From contig JBFMGU010000237.1 of the NCBI GenBank assembly GCA_040752415.1, positions 1-16,499 of the forward strand: DNA of 16,499 bases. Direction: 5' to 3'. This document shows positions 8,401 to 15,934 of this stretch, piece after piece (positions within the stretch are counted from its first letter, which is position 1; each line of letters begins with the position of its first letter). The translations under genes were made by a program, and so were the position numbers. A model generated the notes under the pieces. That model made no database searches and was not told where the DNA came from. It saw only the letters and a program-made list of their open reading frames with translations. The DNA comes from Myxococcota bacterium. GTDB lineage: Bacteria; Myxococcota; JACRCW01.

Positions 8401-11036
8401 GAAGCGCGCCCACCGTCGAGATTCCCATCGAGGAGAAGCACATCCCCAATGTGTACGTGGGCGTGGTGGTGGTGCGCGGCCGCCTGGGGCCCATCCCGGA
8501 GCCCGGCCAGAAGGACGATGACCGCCCCGCGGTCCGCGCGGGATACGTGCGCCTCGACGTGGACCGCGCCCCCCGCCGCGTCACCGTGGACGTCACCCCC
8601 GACGCTGCCGAGCACGGCCCGCGTGACACCGTGAAGGTGCGCGTGGCGCTGAAGGACCACACCGGTGCGCCGCTGCCTGGCGAAGTCACGTTGCTCGCCG
8701 TCGACGAGGCGGTGCTGCAGCTCACCGGGTTCCACACCCCCGACCCGTTGGCTGCGCTGTATTCGCCGCGCGCCCTTGGTGTCCGCATGGGAGACACGCG
8801 CGTCCACCTCGTGGGCCTCCGCGGTCTCGACGAGAAAGGTGAGTCCGAGGGCGGCGGTGGCCTCGGTGCGCTGCTCGGCGACGAAGCGGTGCGCGGTCGC
8901 TTCCAGACCACGGCGTACTTCAACCCCGCCATCACGGTCCCTGCCAGTGGCTCCACCGAGGTGAGCTTCGAGCTGCCGGACAATCTCACCGCGTTCCGAC
9001 TCATGGCCGTCGCGGTTGTCGACGGAAACCGGTTTGGTCACGGCCAGGCGGAGGTGCGCGTCAAGAAGCCCCTCATGTTGCGCGCGGCGGCCTCACGCTT
9101 GTTGCGCGTGGGTGACCAGGCGGACCTCGGCGTCGTGGTGGTCAACAACAGCGGGCAGGATGGAGGCGTGGACCTCCACGTCGAGAACAAGACACCGGAG
9201 GTGTGGAAGGTGGAGCCGGTGTCCTCGCCGCTCGCGGTGAAGGCGGGTGCCTCCGTGCCGGTGCGCGTGAAGGTGAGCGCTTTGAAGGTGGGCACGGGCA
9301 CCCTGCAGTTCACCAGCCGCATGGGCACGCACACCGACGGGCTGCGCATCACCCTCCCCGTCTCCGTCGTCAACCCCATGGTGCATGACGCCACCTACGG
9401 CACCGTTGCGGGCGGCACCAAGGTAGAAGTCCCCATCGGTATCCCCGACGACGTACTCCCGGACTTCGGCGGTCTCACCGTTGCGCTCAGCTCTTCCGTG
9501 CTCACCGAGCTTGCGGGCCCAGCGGTGCAGCTCCGCACCTACCCGTATGAGTGCCTCGAGCAGACGGCGAGCCGCACGCTACCGCTCGTCGAGCTGGCGG
9601 CCGTGCGCGCCTCCTTCGATCCCTCCCTCGCCTCCGACGACACGCACCGCGCCGCGGTCCAGGCTGCCGTGCAGCGCATCCTCCGCTTCCAGAATGACGA
9701 CGGTGGCTACGCCTTCTGGCCCGGCATGCGCAGCAGTGCATGGCTCACCGCGTATGCCGTTCTCGTTCTCGACCGCATCCAGAAGGCGGGTCACGCGGTG
9801 CCCGGTCCCGCCATCAAGCGCGGCGTGGCCTGGCTCCGTGACAACCTGCGCCGCCCCAACCATGGCCTCTCCGACGACAACCTCGCCTTCGTGCTGGACG
9901 TGCTCTCGACCATGGGGGAGTCGGTGGCATCCGACCTCACTCGCCTTCACGAGAAGAAGGCCACGCTCTCCCTGGACGCGCGCGCCTGGCTGGCCCACGC
10001 CGCCGGGGTGGGACGTGCCGCACCGGCGTTGAAGACCACGTTGACCGAGGACCTGCTCGCCCACGTGCACCAGAGCCCCAAGGGCGCCACGGTGCAGGCG
10101 GCAAAGTTCGAAGCCCTGTGGGGCTCGCCCACGCGCACGCAGGGCCTGGTGCTGCGCGCGCTGGTTGCCCTGCAGCCGCAGCACGTTCTCGTCGAGAAAG
10201 TGGCGCAGGGCCTCATCGCGCAGCAGGTGAAGGGTCGCTACCGGACCACGCAGGAGGCGGCCTGGGCGCTGATGGCGCTGCATGACTACCAGGCCGCACG
10301 GGAGAGCGGTGAGCTGGACATCCACGCCGTCGCCACGGTGGGAGAGAACGCGGTGACGCAGGCGCAGTTCAACCAGCGTTCCACCGCCGTCATGGTGGGC
10401 ACCCTCCCCCTCGCCGACGCACGCCAGGCCCCGCTCGTCGTGCGCGCTGACGGAAAGGGCGAGATCCGCTATGGCGCCACCATCAGCTACGCGCCTTCGC
10501 GCATGCCCGCCGAGCCCACGGACCGCGGCATGTACCTGGAGCGGCGCCTCTCCTCCACGACGGGACAGGCCCTCACCCAGACCGCGCCCCACGGCGCGCT
10601 CCTGCAGCTCACCGTGGAGGTGGCCACGCCCATGGATCGCAACCAGGTCGTCGTCGACGTGCCCGTGCCCGCCGGCCTGGAGCTCGTGAATGCGCGCTTC
10701 GTGACGTCGGAGACGGTGCCGCCCGTGAAGCCGGAGCAAGCCGGCCCTGACGAGCACGAGTACGAGGGTGCGGAAGGAGAATACGCACCCTTTCCCGCGG
10801 CCGACCCGCTCTTGCAGGGCCACTTTGACCACGTGGAGCTGCGCGACGACCGCCTCCTCCTCTTCGCCACGCGCCTGCCGCGCGGGGTGCACCGTTACGT
10901 CGTGGGGGTGCGGACGGTGACGCCGGGTGCATATGCGTTCCCCCCGGCGCGGAGCGAGGAGATGTACACGCCGGAGGTGTTTGGCATGACGCCGGGCGCA
11001 ACGTTCACGGTGGAGGCGCAGAAGCCGGAAAAGTGA
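5445..11036 (+). CDS. Bacterial alpha-2-macroglobulin family lipoprotein (YfhM-like), 1863 aa
   Basis: GGAG then ATG at 5445. Lipoprotein signal MRVSSLHLVLSLALLGA/C (Cys18). N-terminal Ig-like repeats (TFDKPV, TFNQPI, KFTTPV). Motifs LFTDRGVYRPGETMH, DKSSYKPGE, LLAVDEAVLQL, ELPDNLTAFRLMA, thioester YPYECLEQ (CLEQ at 9552-9563), FQNDDGGYAFW, TTQE, DVPVPAGLE, ELRDDR and EEMYTPE. Confidence 0.95.
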   Translation: MRVSSLHLVLSLALLGACGKEGTEPSTPPGATPPAGALGGLTVVAMGPTGEVTGPLQVFVTFDKPVAKLGALKDEDARAFLRVEPSVPGKHRFLGTQTVVFEPTGKVPRSTAFTATSPAGARAVDGTSLKEDHKVQFTTQRLVLVHSRPPEGFSQAESTPTFVLTFNQPISPADVTAAARFVSVDGGTTVPAECAAVPGDEEKTQASCKPRSVLPTATKMKLVADASLHGAEGLLGMEKPLEISFQVHGPLDVLGVECPEGCRPEMGARLKFTTPVVPKSAADYIEFTPAIGAKLEGTYAQSTFYLHGLKPSTTYGVKVKAGMPDAFGQRLAAEKSFSFTTAPTTPAASFPRGFLTLEPGRTFIAGTSVNAKEVEVSLWAVADQEASWFAHVLGEGRSDLSVRTADSKQTVPLAGPMNEQLTTKIDLAKVLTTGRGLAAYELRFPHVMAWEDHPRRVEGFVQITPLGVTVKASQQNTLVWVTELSSSKPVGATNVTLYNADKRVLWQGTTDESGLASAPGTTALNARHDEAIYAIARRGDDVALGSSAFTDGISPWELGVEQSWAGPRGEVAGLLFTDRGVYRPGETMHVKAIARMLIAGELSVPTTRNATLVVTGPTGDDVLTRKIKLTALGTTAVSIPIDAGSRLGTYTLRLSLDDQGDLSLYTNVQVEQFKAPDFKVEVTTSKSEAIKGETVSAVARTLYLFGAPLADARSTWTVSRQPTSFSPPGVEGFTFFDDTRWLDQESMDSATLANGQAQTAADGSITLQAVMGAEVMKGPDNAVFEVTTVDPSGQAVTGRATVLVHPGEFYLGLRSQRSMVQAGSPIDVEAVALKPDGTPASTTARGVLFRREYKAVKQQGVGDAMETLQTHEDVEVTSCELKDLGKDPRKCSLTPPSAGLYILSVVGKDTRGNPLRSSTVLWVYGPGEAPWSVDDTLAVKLVADKSSYKPGEVARVLIQNPFPKAHALVTVERGGVAVRQVMELTGSAPTVEIPIEEKHIPNVYVGVVVVRGRLGPIPEPGQKDDDRPAVRAGYVRLDVDRAPRRVTVDVTPDAAEHGPRDTVKVRVALKDHTGAPLPGEVTLLAVDEAVLQLTGFHTPDPLAALYSPRALGVRMGDTRVHLVGLRGLDEKGESEGGGGLGALLGDEAVRGRFQTTAYFNPAITVPASGSTEVSFELPDNLTAFRLMAVAVVDGNRFGHGQAEVRVKKPLMLRAAASRLLRVGDQADLGVVVVNNSGQDGGVDLHVENKTPEVWKVEPVSSPLAVKAGASVPVRVKVSALKVGTGTLQFTSRMGTHTDGLRITLPVSVVNPMVHDATYGTVAGGTKVEVPIGIPDDVLPDFGGLTVALSSSVLTELAGPAVQLRTYPYECLEQTASRTLPLVELAAVRASFDPSLASDDTHRAAVQAAVQRILRFQNDDGGYAFWPGMRSSAWLTAYAVLVLDRIQKAGHAVPGPAIKRGVAWLRDNLRRPNHGLSDDNLAFVLDVLSTMGESVASDLTRLHEKKATLSLDARAWLAHAAGVGRAAPALKTTLTEDLLAHVHQSPKGATVQAAKFEALWGSPTRTQGLVLRALVALQPQHVLVEKVAQGLIAQQVKGRYRTTQEAAWALMALHDYQAARESGELDIHAVATVGENAVTQAQFNQRSTAVMVGTLPLADARQAPLVVRADGKGEIRYGATISYAPSRMPAEPTDRGMYLERRLSSTTGQALTQTAPHGALLQLTVEVATPMDRNQVVVDVPVPAGLELVNARFVTSETVPPVKPEQAGPDEHEYEGAEGEYAPFPAADPLLQGHFDHVELRDDRLLLFATRLPRGVHRYVVGVRTVTPGAYAFPPARSEEMYTPEVFGMTPGATFTVEAQKPEK

Positions 11037-11110
11037 TCGGCCCCGGCAACCGCCACCGACCGTAACGACGTCGCCAGGGCCATCATCCCGCCGCGGTCAA
11101 CGCGCAGGCC

Positions 11111-11380
11111 TCACGCGTGGGGACGCTTGCCATTGCGCTGACCCTTCATGGCGTTGCGCAGCTCCTTGGCCTTGGCCACCACCTCCTCCACGGCCTTGCG
11201 GGAGGTGTCGCTGATCTCCTCCGCCAGCTTCTCAGCCTGGGCCAGGCGCGGCTCCAGCTCGGTCCAGCGGTCCTTGAGGTCCATGCTGGCCAGGTGCAGG
11301 TCGACGCGGATCTCGTCGCGAATCCGACGCATGTTGTTGAGGGCCTCATCCGTCCGGCGCTTCAGTTCTTCCTTGTTCAT
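11111..11380 (-). CDS. Small alpha-helical/coiled-coil hypothetical protein, 89 aa
   Basis: GGAGG at 11390-11386 before ATG at 11380. Sequence MNKEELKRRTDEALNNMRRIRDEIRVDLHLASMDLKDRWTELEPRLAQAEKLAEEISDTSRKAVEEVVAKAKELRNAMKGQRNGKRPHA has strongly GC-ending codons and an amphipathic helical pattern. Confidence 0.82.
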   Translation of the reverse strand: MNKEELKRRTDEALNNMRRIRDEIRVDLHLASMDLKDRWTELEPRLAQAEKLAEEISDTSRKAVEEVVAKAKELRNAMKGQRNGKRPHA

Positions 11381-11428
11381 GACGTCCTCCATGTCGCGCG
11401 CCGTCCGGGCGCGTCCGTCCCCTGGATG

Positions 11429-11444
11429 TGCACTTGCCATGCCG
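11429..11444 (-). promoter_or_regulatory. Putative sigma-54 (-24/-12) promoter for the small helical protein
   Basis: The minus strand reads CGGCATGGCAAGTGCA, i.e. GG-N10-GC, close to the consensus TGGCACG-N4-TTGCW. It lies about 48 nt upstream of the ATG. Confidence 0.55.
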
Positions 11445-11571
11445 CGCACGCCGCTCGGCGTCGCCACATCTCTCCCGCCAGGCCCGAACAATCCTTGCGC
11501 CCACGTCGACGCTGAACCGCAAAGGCTGCGGCACGAACACGCGACGGCACGCTCCGAATCACCCTGAAACC

Positions 11572-11587
11572 CGGCACGACATTGGCA
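11572..11587 (+). promoter_or_regulatory. Putative sigma-54 (-24/-12) promoter for the USP gene
   Basis: CGGCACGACATTGGCA, with GG at 11573-74, 10 nt spacer and GC at 11585-86. The predicted start (~11598) falls just before the RBS GGAGG at 11600-11604. Confidence 0.55.
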
Positions 11588-11610
11588 TCATCTCCCCATG
11601 GAGGTGCCCC

Positions 11611-12075
11611 ATGACGCGCGTGCTTGTTGCCTATGACTTCAGCCCTGGCGCCAAGGCCGCGCTGGAGCGTGTGGACCGTCTCTTCCCCGACGCGGAGCTG
11701 TGCCTGGTCCACGCCATTGGCCTGCCGGTGGACAAGCTCTCGGAGCACGCCCCGGGTGAGCCCCCGCGCATTCCTGCGCCGGAGGATCTGCTGGCGGCCA
11801 GTGAGCGCGAGCTGCAGGCCGTGACGAGGCAGGGCGGGCACTCGCCGCGCTGCCAGGCGGTGGTGCGACTCGGCAACCCGGTGGAAGTGATCTTCGGCGC
11901 GGCCGCGGACTTCCAGCCGGATCTCATCGTCGTCGGGACGCACGACAAGACGGCGGTGCAACGCCTCTTCCTCGGCAGCGTCGCGGAACGGATCGTCAAG
12001 CGCTCGGAGTGTCCGGTACTCGTGGTGCGGGGACATCCGTCGAAGGATCCAGGTGCAGAACCACCTCACCGTTGA
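11611..12075 (+). CDS. Universal stress protein (single UspA-type domain), 154 aa
   Basis: MTRVLVAYDFS, LCLVHAI, GNPVEVI, DLIVVGTHD, FLGSVAERIVKRSECPVLVVR; GGAGG RBS upstream. Confidence 0.93.
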   Translation: MTRVLVAYDFSPGAKAALERVDRLFPDAELCLVHAIGLPVDKLSEHAPGEPPRIPAPEDLLAASERELQAVTRQGGHSPRCQAVVRLGNPVEVIFGAAADFQPDLIVVGTHDKTAVQRLFLGSVAERIVKRSECPVLVVRGHPSKDPGAEPPHR

Positions 12076-12922
12076 GTCCCGCTTCCCGCTTGAGCGCCGC
12101 CACCAGCTGCTGCGTGGCCTCGTGCGCCCGCGCCACCGACCAGCTCGCCGGAACGTAGACGTGCGCATCCACGTGCAGGTGCGTGCCGGAACGGATGGCT
12201 TTCACGTCGTGGAGGCCGTGGATGTCGGGCATGCGCACCGCGTCAAACGCGGCCTGGATGCGTTTCACCAACTCGGGATCCTCGCGGTCCATCAGCCCAT
12301 CCAGCGCCTCTTTCACGAGCCGGCCCCCCGTCGCGGTGAGCCACAGCCCCACAAGCAGCGCCACCAGCCCGTCCACCCACCGCATGCCGCTGGCCAGCAC
12401 CAGGCCCAATCCCGCCAACGCGCCCACCGTCGTCCACACGTCGCTCATGACGTGGTGACCGTCGGCAACCAGCGCCGCGGAGCCCAGGTGACGTCCCTGG
12501 CGGATGAGCCAGATCCCCAGCAGCAGGTTCGCCACCGCCGCCCCCGCGGAGACCGCCATGCCCACGTCCAGCTCACGCAGCGGCGGCGGCAACACCATGG
12601 CACGCACGGCGGAAACCACGATGGCGAGCGCTGCCGCCAGCACCAGCCCGCCCTCGAACGCGGCGGAGAGCAGCTCGATCTTGCCGTGACCGTAGGGGTG
12701 GTTGGAGTCGGCGGGGATGGCGGAGACGTGCAGCGCCACCACGGCAAAGCCAGCGGCCACCACGTTGACAATGGACTCCAGCGCGTCGGCCAGCAGCGCG
12801 GCGGAGCCGGTGAGGCGCCAGGCCACCAGCTTGGCCGCCAGGATCAGCGTCCCCATCACCAGGGAGACCACGCCCGGCATCCACCTCGACGTTCCCTGCG
12901 CGCCAGCCACCCGGGAATCCAT
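11996..12922 (-). CDS. Cation diffusion facilitator (CDF, FieF/YiiP-like) metal efflux transporter, about 308 aa; start uncertain (ATG 12922 or 12880)
   Basis: CDF signature TGSAALLADALESIVNV, PADSNHPYGHGKIE, SAALVADGHHVMSDV, and a cytosolic domain LHDVKAIRSG-HVDAHV-AHE-VVLHLDP. About six hydrophobic segments. Confidence 0.93.
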   Translation of the reverse strand: MDSRVAGAQGTSRWMPGVVSLVMGTLILAAKLVAWRLTGSAALLADALESIVNVVAAGFAVVALHVSAIPADSNHPYGHGKIELLSAAFEGGLVLAAALAIVVSAVRAMVLPPPLRELDVGMAVSAGAAVANLLLGIWLIRQGRHLGSAALVADGHHVMSDVWTTVGALAGLGLVLASGMRWVDGLVALLVGLWLTATGGRLVKEALDGLMDREDPELVKRIQAAFDAVRMPDIHGLHDVKAIRSGTHLHVDAHVYVPASWSVARAHEATQQLVAALKREAGLNGEVVLHLDPSTDVPAPRVPDTPSA

Positions 12923-13016
12923 GGGCGCATTTGTATTCGAGAAATGTTCCAACCGCCGGCCCTTGCCTTGCGACGCCGCGGGAGCCATCACCCACCCACC
13001 AACCCAAGGACCACCC

Positions 13017-13772
13017 ATGACCTCCCCGTTGACCGTTTCTCGAGAGGGCAACCTGGCGCGCATCCAGATGGATGACGGTCGCGGCAACGCGCTCTCCACC
13101 ACCATGTTGCAGGAGCTCGGCCGTGCGGCGCGGGAGGTGGTGGACGCGGATGCGGTGCTGCTCTCGGGTCGCCCACGCGTTTTCTGCGGAGGGTTGGACC
13201 TCGCGGAGGTGGTGCCCATGCCGCGCCAGGCGCTCCTGGAGTTCATGTACCTGTTCCACGACACCTTCCGCGCGCTTCTTGCGCTGGAGCGTCCCCTGGT
13301 CATCCAGGCGGCGGGGAGCGCGGTGGCGGGGGGCGCGGTGCTGCTTTGCTGTGGTGACCTGCGACTGGGCGCCCAGGACAGCGGCGTGGTGGGCGCCAAC
13401 GAGGCGCAGCTGGGCATCCCGTTCCCGGTGACGGCGTTCGAGGCGGTGCGCGCGGCATTGGACCCGCTGCAGGCCTCGCGCGCGCTCCTGTTCGGTGAGC
13501 TCGTCGACAAGGGTGAGGCGCTGGCGCGCGGCTACTTCCACGAGCTCGTGGCGCCGACGGATCTCGAGGAGACCGCGCTGGCCCGCGCGCGCCAGGCCGC
13601 GCTGATCCCGTCGTCGGCCAGCGCGCCCATCAAGCGTGATCTCCGTCGGGAGACGCTGCGCCGCGTTGATGAGCAGCGCGTCACCTCGACGGAAGCCTGG
13701 GTCGACGTGTGGATCGCGCCCACCGCGCAGGCGCGGCTGCAGAAGGTGTTGGCGGGTTTGAAGAAGAAGTAG
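13017..13772 (+). CDS. Enoyl-CoA hydratase/isomerase (crotonase) family protein, probably a delta3,delta2-enoyl-CoA isomerase, 251 aa
   Basis: AAGGA before ATG at 13017. Motifs GNAL, FCGGLDL (oxyanion loop), [10 protein letters not shown] and [12 protein letters not shown]. Confidence 0.9.
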   Translation: MTSPLTVSREGNLARIQMDDGRGNALSTTMLQELGRAAREVVDADAVLLSGRPRVFCGGLDLAEVVPMPRQALLEFMYLFHDTFRALLALERPLVIQAAGSAVAGGAVLLCCGDLRLGAQDSGVVGANEAQLGIPFPVTAFEAVRAALDPLQASRALLFGELVDKGEALARGYFHELVAPTDLEETALARARQAALIPSSASAPIKRDLRRETLRRVDEQRVTSTEAWVDVWIAPTAQARLQKVLAGLKKK

Positions 13773-13773
13773 C

Positions 13774-13798
13774 GGCCACGACGAGGACGGTCGTGACC
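13774..13798. terminator. Short hairpin between the convergent crotonase and sucD stop codons
   Basis: Inverted repeat GG(C)CACGAC-N7-GTCGTG(A)CC fills most of the 33-nt gap. There is no U-tract on either side. Confidence 0.3.
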
Positions 13799-13805
13799 CG
13801 CGGGT

Positions 13806-14687
13806 TCAGCGCAGGACGCTCTTGAGGGTGCTGCCCAGGTCGGCGGGCGTGGGGGCGATCTTCACACCAGCGGCCTCCAGGGCGGCCAGCTTCTGCTCCG
13901 CGGTGCCCTTGCCGCCGCTGATGATCGCACCCGCGTGCCCCATGCGACGTCCCGGCGGCGCCGTCCGACCCGCAATGAAGCCCACCATCGGCTTGCGCAC
14001 GTGCTCCTTGATGTACGCCGCGGCGTTCTCCTCCGCGCTGCCGCCAATCTCGCCGATCATGATGATCGCCTCGGTCTCGGGGTCGGCGTTGAAGAGCTTG
14101 AGCACGTCGACAAAGTCGGTCCCATTGACCGGGTCACCACCAATACCCACGCACGTGCTCTGACCAATGCCCAGCTGGGTGAGCTGGTGGACGGCTTCGT
14201 ACGTCAGCGTGCCGGAGCGGGAGACCACGCCCACCTTGCCGCGCTTGTGGATGTGGCCGGGCATGATGCCGATCTTGCACTCGTCGGGGGTGATGACGCC
14301 GGGGCAGTTGGGGCCCACCAGGCGGCTTCTGCTGCCCACCATGGCGCGCTTCACCTTCATCATGTCGTTGACGGGGATGCCTTCGGTGATGGTGATGATC
14401 AGGTCCACGCCGGCGTCCACCGCTTCCATGATGGCGTCGGCGGCAAAGGGCGGGGGCACGTAGATGACGGAAGCGTTGGCGCCCGTCTGCTTCGCGGCGT
14501 CGCGCACGGTGTTGAAGATGGGGATCTTCTTGCGCTCGGCGTCAAAGTCGGTGCCGCCCTTCCCCGGGGTGACGCCGGCCACCATCTGGGTGCCGTAGGC
14601 CACCATCTGCTTGGTGTGGAAGCTGCCCGCCTCCCCGGTGATGCCCTGGACCAGGACGCGCGTGTTCTTGTTGACAAGGATGGCCAT
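13806..14687 (-). CDS. sucD: Succinate--CoA ligase alpha subunit, 293 aa
   Basis: [46 protein letters not shown] and the phospho-His motif RMGHAGA. Confidence 0.98.
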   Translation of the reverse strand: MAILVNKNTRVLVQGITGEAGSFHTKQMVAYGTQMVAGVTPGKGGTDFDAERKKIPIFNTVRDAAKQTGANASVIYVPPPFAADAIMEAVDAGVDLIITITEGIPVNDMMKVKRAMVGSRSRLVGPNCPGVITPDECKIGIMPGHIHKRGKVGVVSRSGTLTYEAVHQLTQLGIGQSTCVGIGGDPVNGTDFVDVLKLFNADPETEAIIMIGEIGGSAEENAAAYIKEHVRKPMVGFIAGRTAPPGRRMGHAGAIISGGKGTAEQKLAALEAAGVKIAPTPADLGSTLKSVLR

Positions 14688-14717
14688 GGTTTCCTCGGTA
14701 GTCTCGGGGTTGCAGGC

Positions 14718-15884
14718 TCAGGCGCTCTTGGCCGCCTTCACGACCTTCTCACCAGCGTCACGGATTCCATCCGCGGTAATGATGGGGAGGCCGCTCTCGG
14801 CGAGGATCTTCTTGCCCAGGTCCACGTTGGTGCCTTCCAGGCGGACCACCAGCGGCACCTTCAGGCCCACCTCACGCGCGGCGCCCACGACGCCATTGGC
14901 AATCACGTCGCACTTGGCAATGCCGCCGAAGATGTTGACCAGCACGGCCTTCACGTTCGGGTCGCTGAGGATGATCTTGAACGCCGCGGTCACCTTGGTC
15001 TGCGTGGCCCCGCCGCCCACGTCCAGGAAGTTCGCGGGCTCACCGCCAAAGAGCTTGATGGCATCCATCGTGGCCATGGCCAGACCTGCGCCGTTGACCA
15101 TGCAGCCCACGTTGCCGTCGAGGGCGATGTAGCTGAGGTCGTACTTCTTGGCCTCGTTCTCCTTGGGGTCCTCCTCGTCGGGGTCCCGCATGGCCTCGAT
15201 GTCCGGGTGGCGATAGAGGGCGTTGTCGTCGAGGTTGACCTTGGCATCCAGCGCCAGCAGGTCCCCCTCCTTGGTGACGACGAGCGGGTTGATCTCGAGC
15301 AGGCTCATGTCCGCTTCGAGGTACGCGCGGTAGAGCGCCGGCAGGAACTTCTGGGCCGCCTTCTGCGCGGTCTTGTCCAGGTTCAGGAAGTACGCGAGCT
15401 GCCGTACCTGGAAGTCGCCAAGGCCGTAGGCGGGGTCCACGGTCACCTTGAGGAGCTTCTCGGGGTGCTTCGCCGCCACCTCCTCGATGTCCATGCCGCC
15501 CTCGTTGGACGCGAGCACGGTGATTCGGCTGGTCTCCCGGTCGAGGAGGAGGCTCAAGTAGAGCTCACGGGCAATGTTGCAGCCGGCCTCGATGAGGACC
15601 TTGCGAACCTTCTGGCCCTTGGGTCCGGTCTGATGCGTAACCAGCTGCATGCCAAGGATCTTGCCGGCCAGCTCGCGGGCTTCGGCCTCGCTTTTCGCCA
15701 GCTTGACGCCACCGCCCTTACCGCGCCCACCCGCGTGGATTTGCGCCTTCACCACGACGGGGTAGCTGCCCAGCTTCTTGGCTGCGGCCACCGCTTCGTC
15801 GACGGAGAAGGCCACGTGGCCATCCGGAACCGCCACTCCGTAGCGACGGAGGATCTCTTTGCCTTGGTACTCATGGATCTTCAT
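14718..15884 (-). CDS. sucC: Succinate--CoA ligase beta subunit, 388 aa
   Basis: [12 protein letters not shown] start at 15884 after [51 protein letters not shown] and RLEGTN. Confidence 0.98.
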   Translation of the reverse strand: MKIHEYQGKEILRRYGVAVPDGHVAFSVDEAVAAAKKLGSYPVVVKAQIHAGGRGKGGGVKLAKSEAEARELAGKILGMQLVTHQTGPKGQKVRKVLIEAGCNIARELYLSLLLDRETSRITVLASNEGGMDIEEVAAKHPEKLLKVTVDPAYGLGDFQVRQLAYFLNLDKTAQKAAQKFLPALYRAYLEADMSLLEINPLVVTKEGDLLALDAKVNLDDNALYRHPDIEAMRDPDEEDPKENEAKKYDLSYIALDGNVGCMVNGAGLAMATMDAIKLFGGEPANFLDVGGGATQTKVTAAFKIILSDPNVKAVLVNIFGGIAKCDVIANGVVGAAREVGLKVPLVVRLEGTNVDLGKKILAESGLPIITADGIRDAGEKVVKAAKSA

Positions 15885-15934
15885 GGGGACCTCATTGTGG
15901 CGGCCCGCCCGCCATTCCGCGCGAAAGGTGGGCA

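Noticed and set aside
2753..10892. Long minus-strand ORFs (2753..4894, 7614..9041, 7871..9004, 9579..10892) and the Arg-rich plus ORF 5495..6700
   Set aside because: Typical stop-poor shadow frames of high-GC genes plsB and A2M, with no recognisable domains.
11037..11110. Terminator between the convergent A2M and small-protein genes
   Set aside because: Only a mismatched GGCCC...GGGCC pairing with a large loop and no U-tract.
12702..13510. Apparent 504-aa CDF with an extra N-terminal domain, and a 356-aa extended crotonase
   Set aside because: Each extension is the antisense of the other gene. Recognisable family sequence starts near 12922 (-) and 13017 (+).
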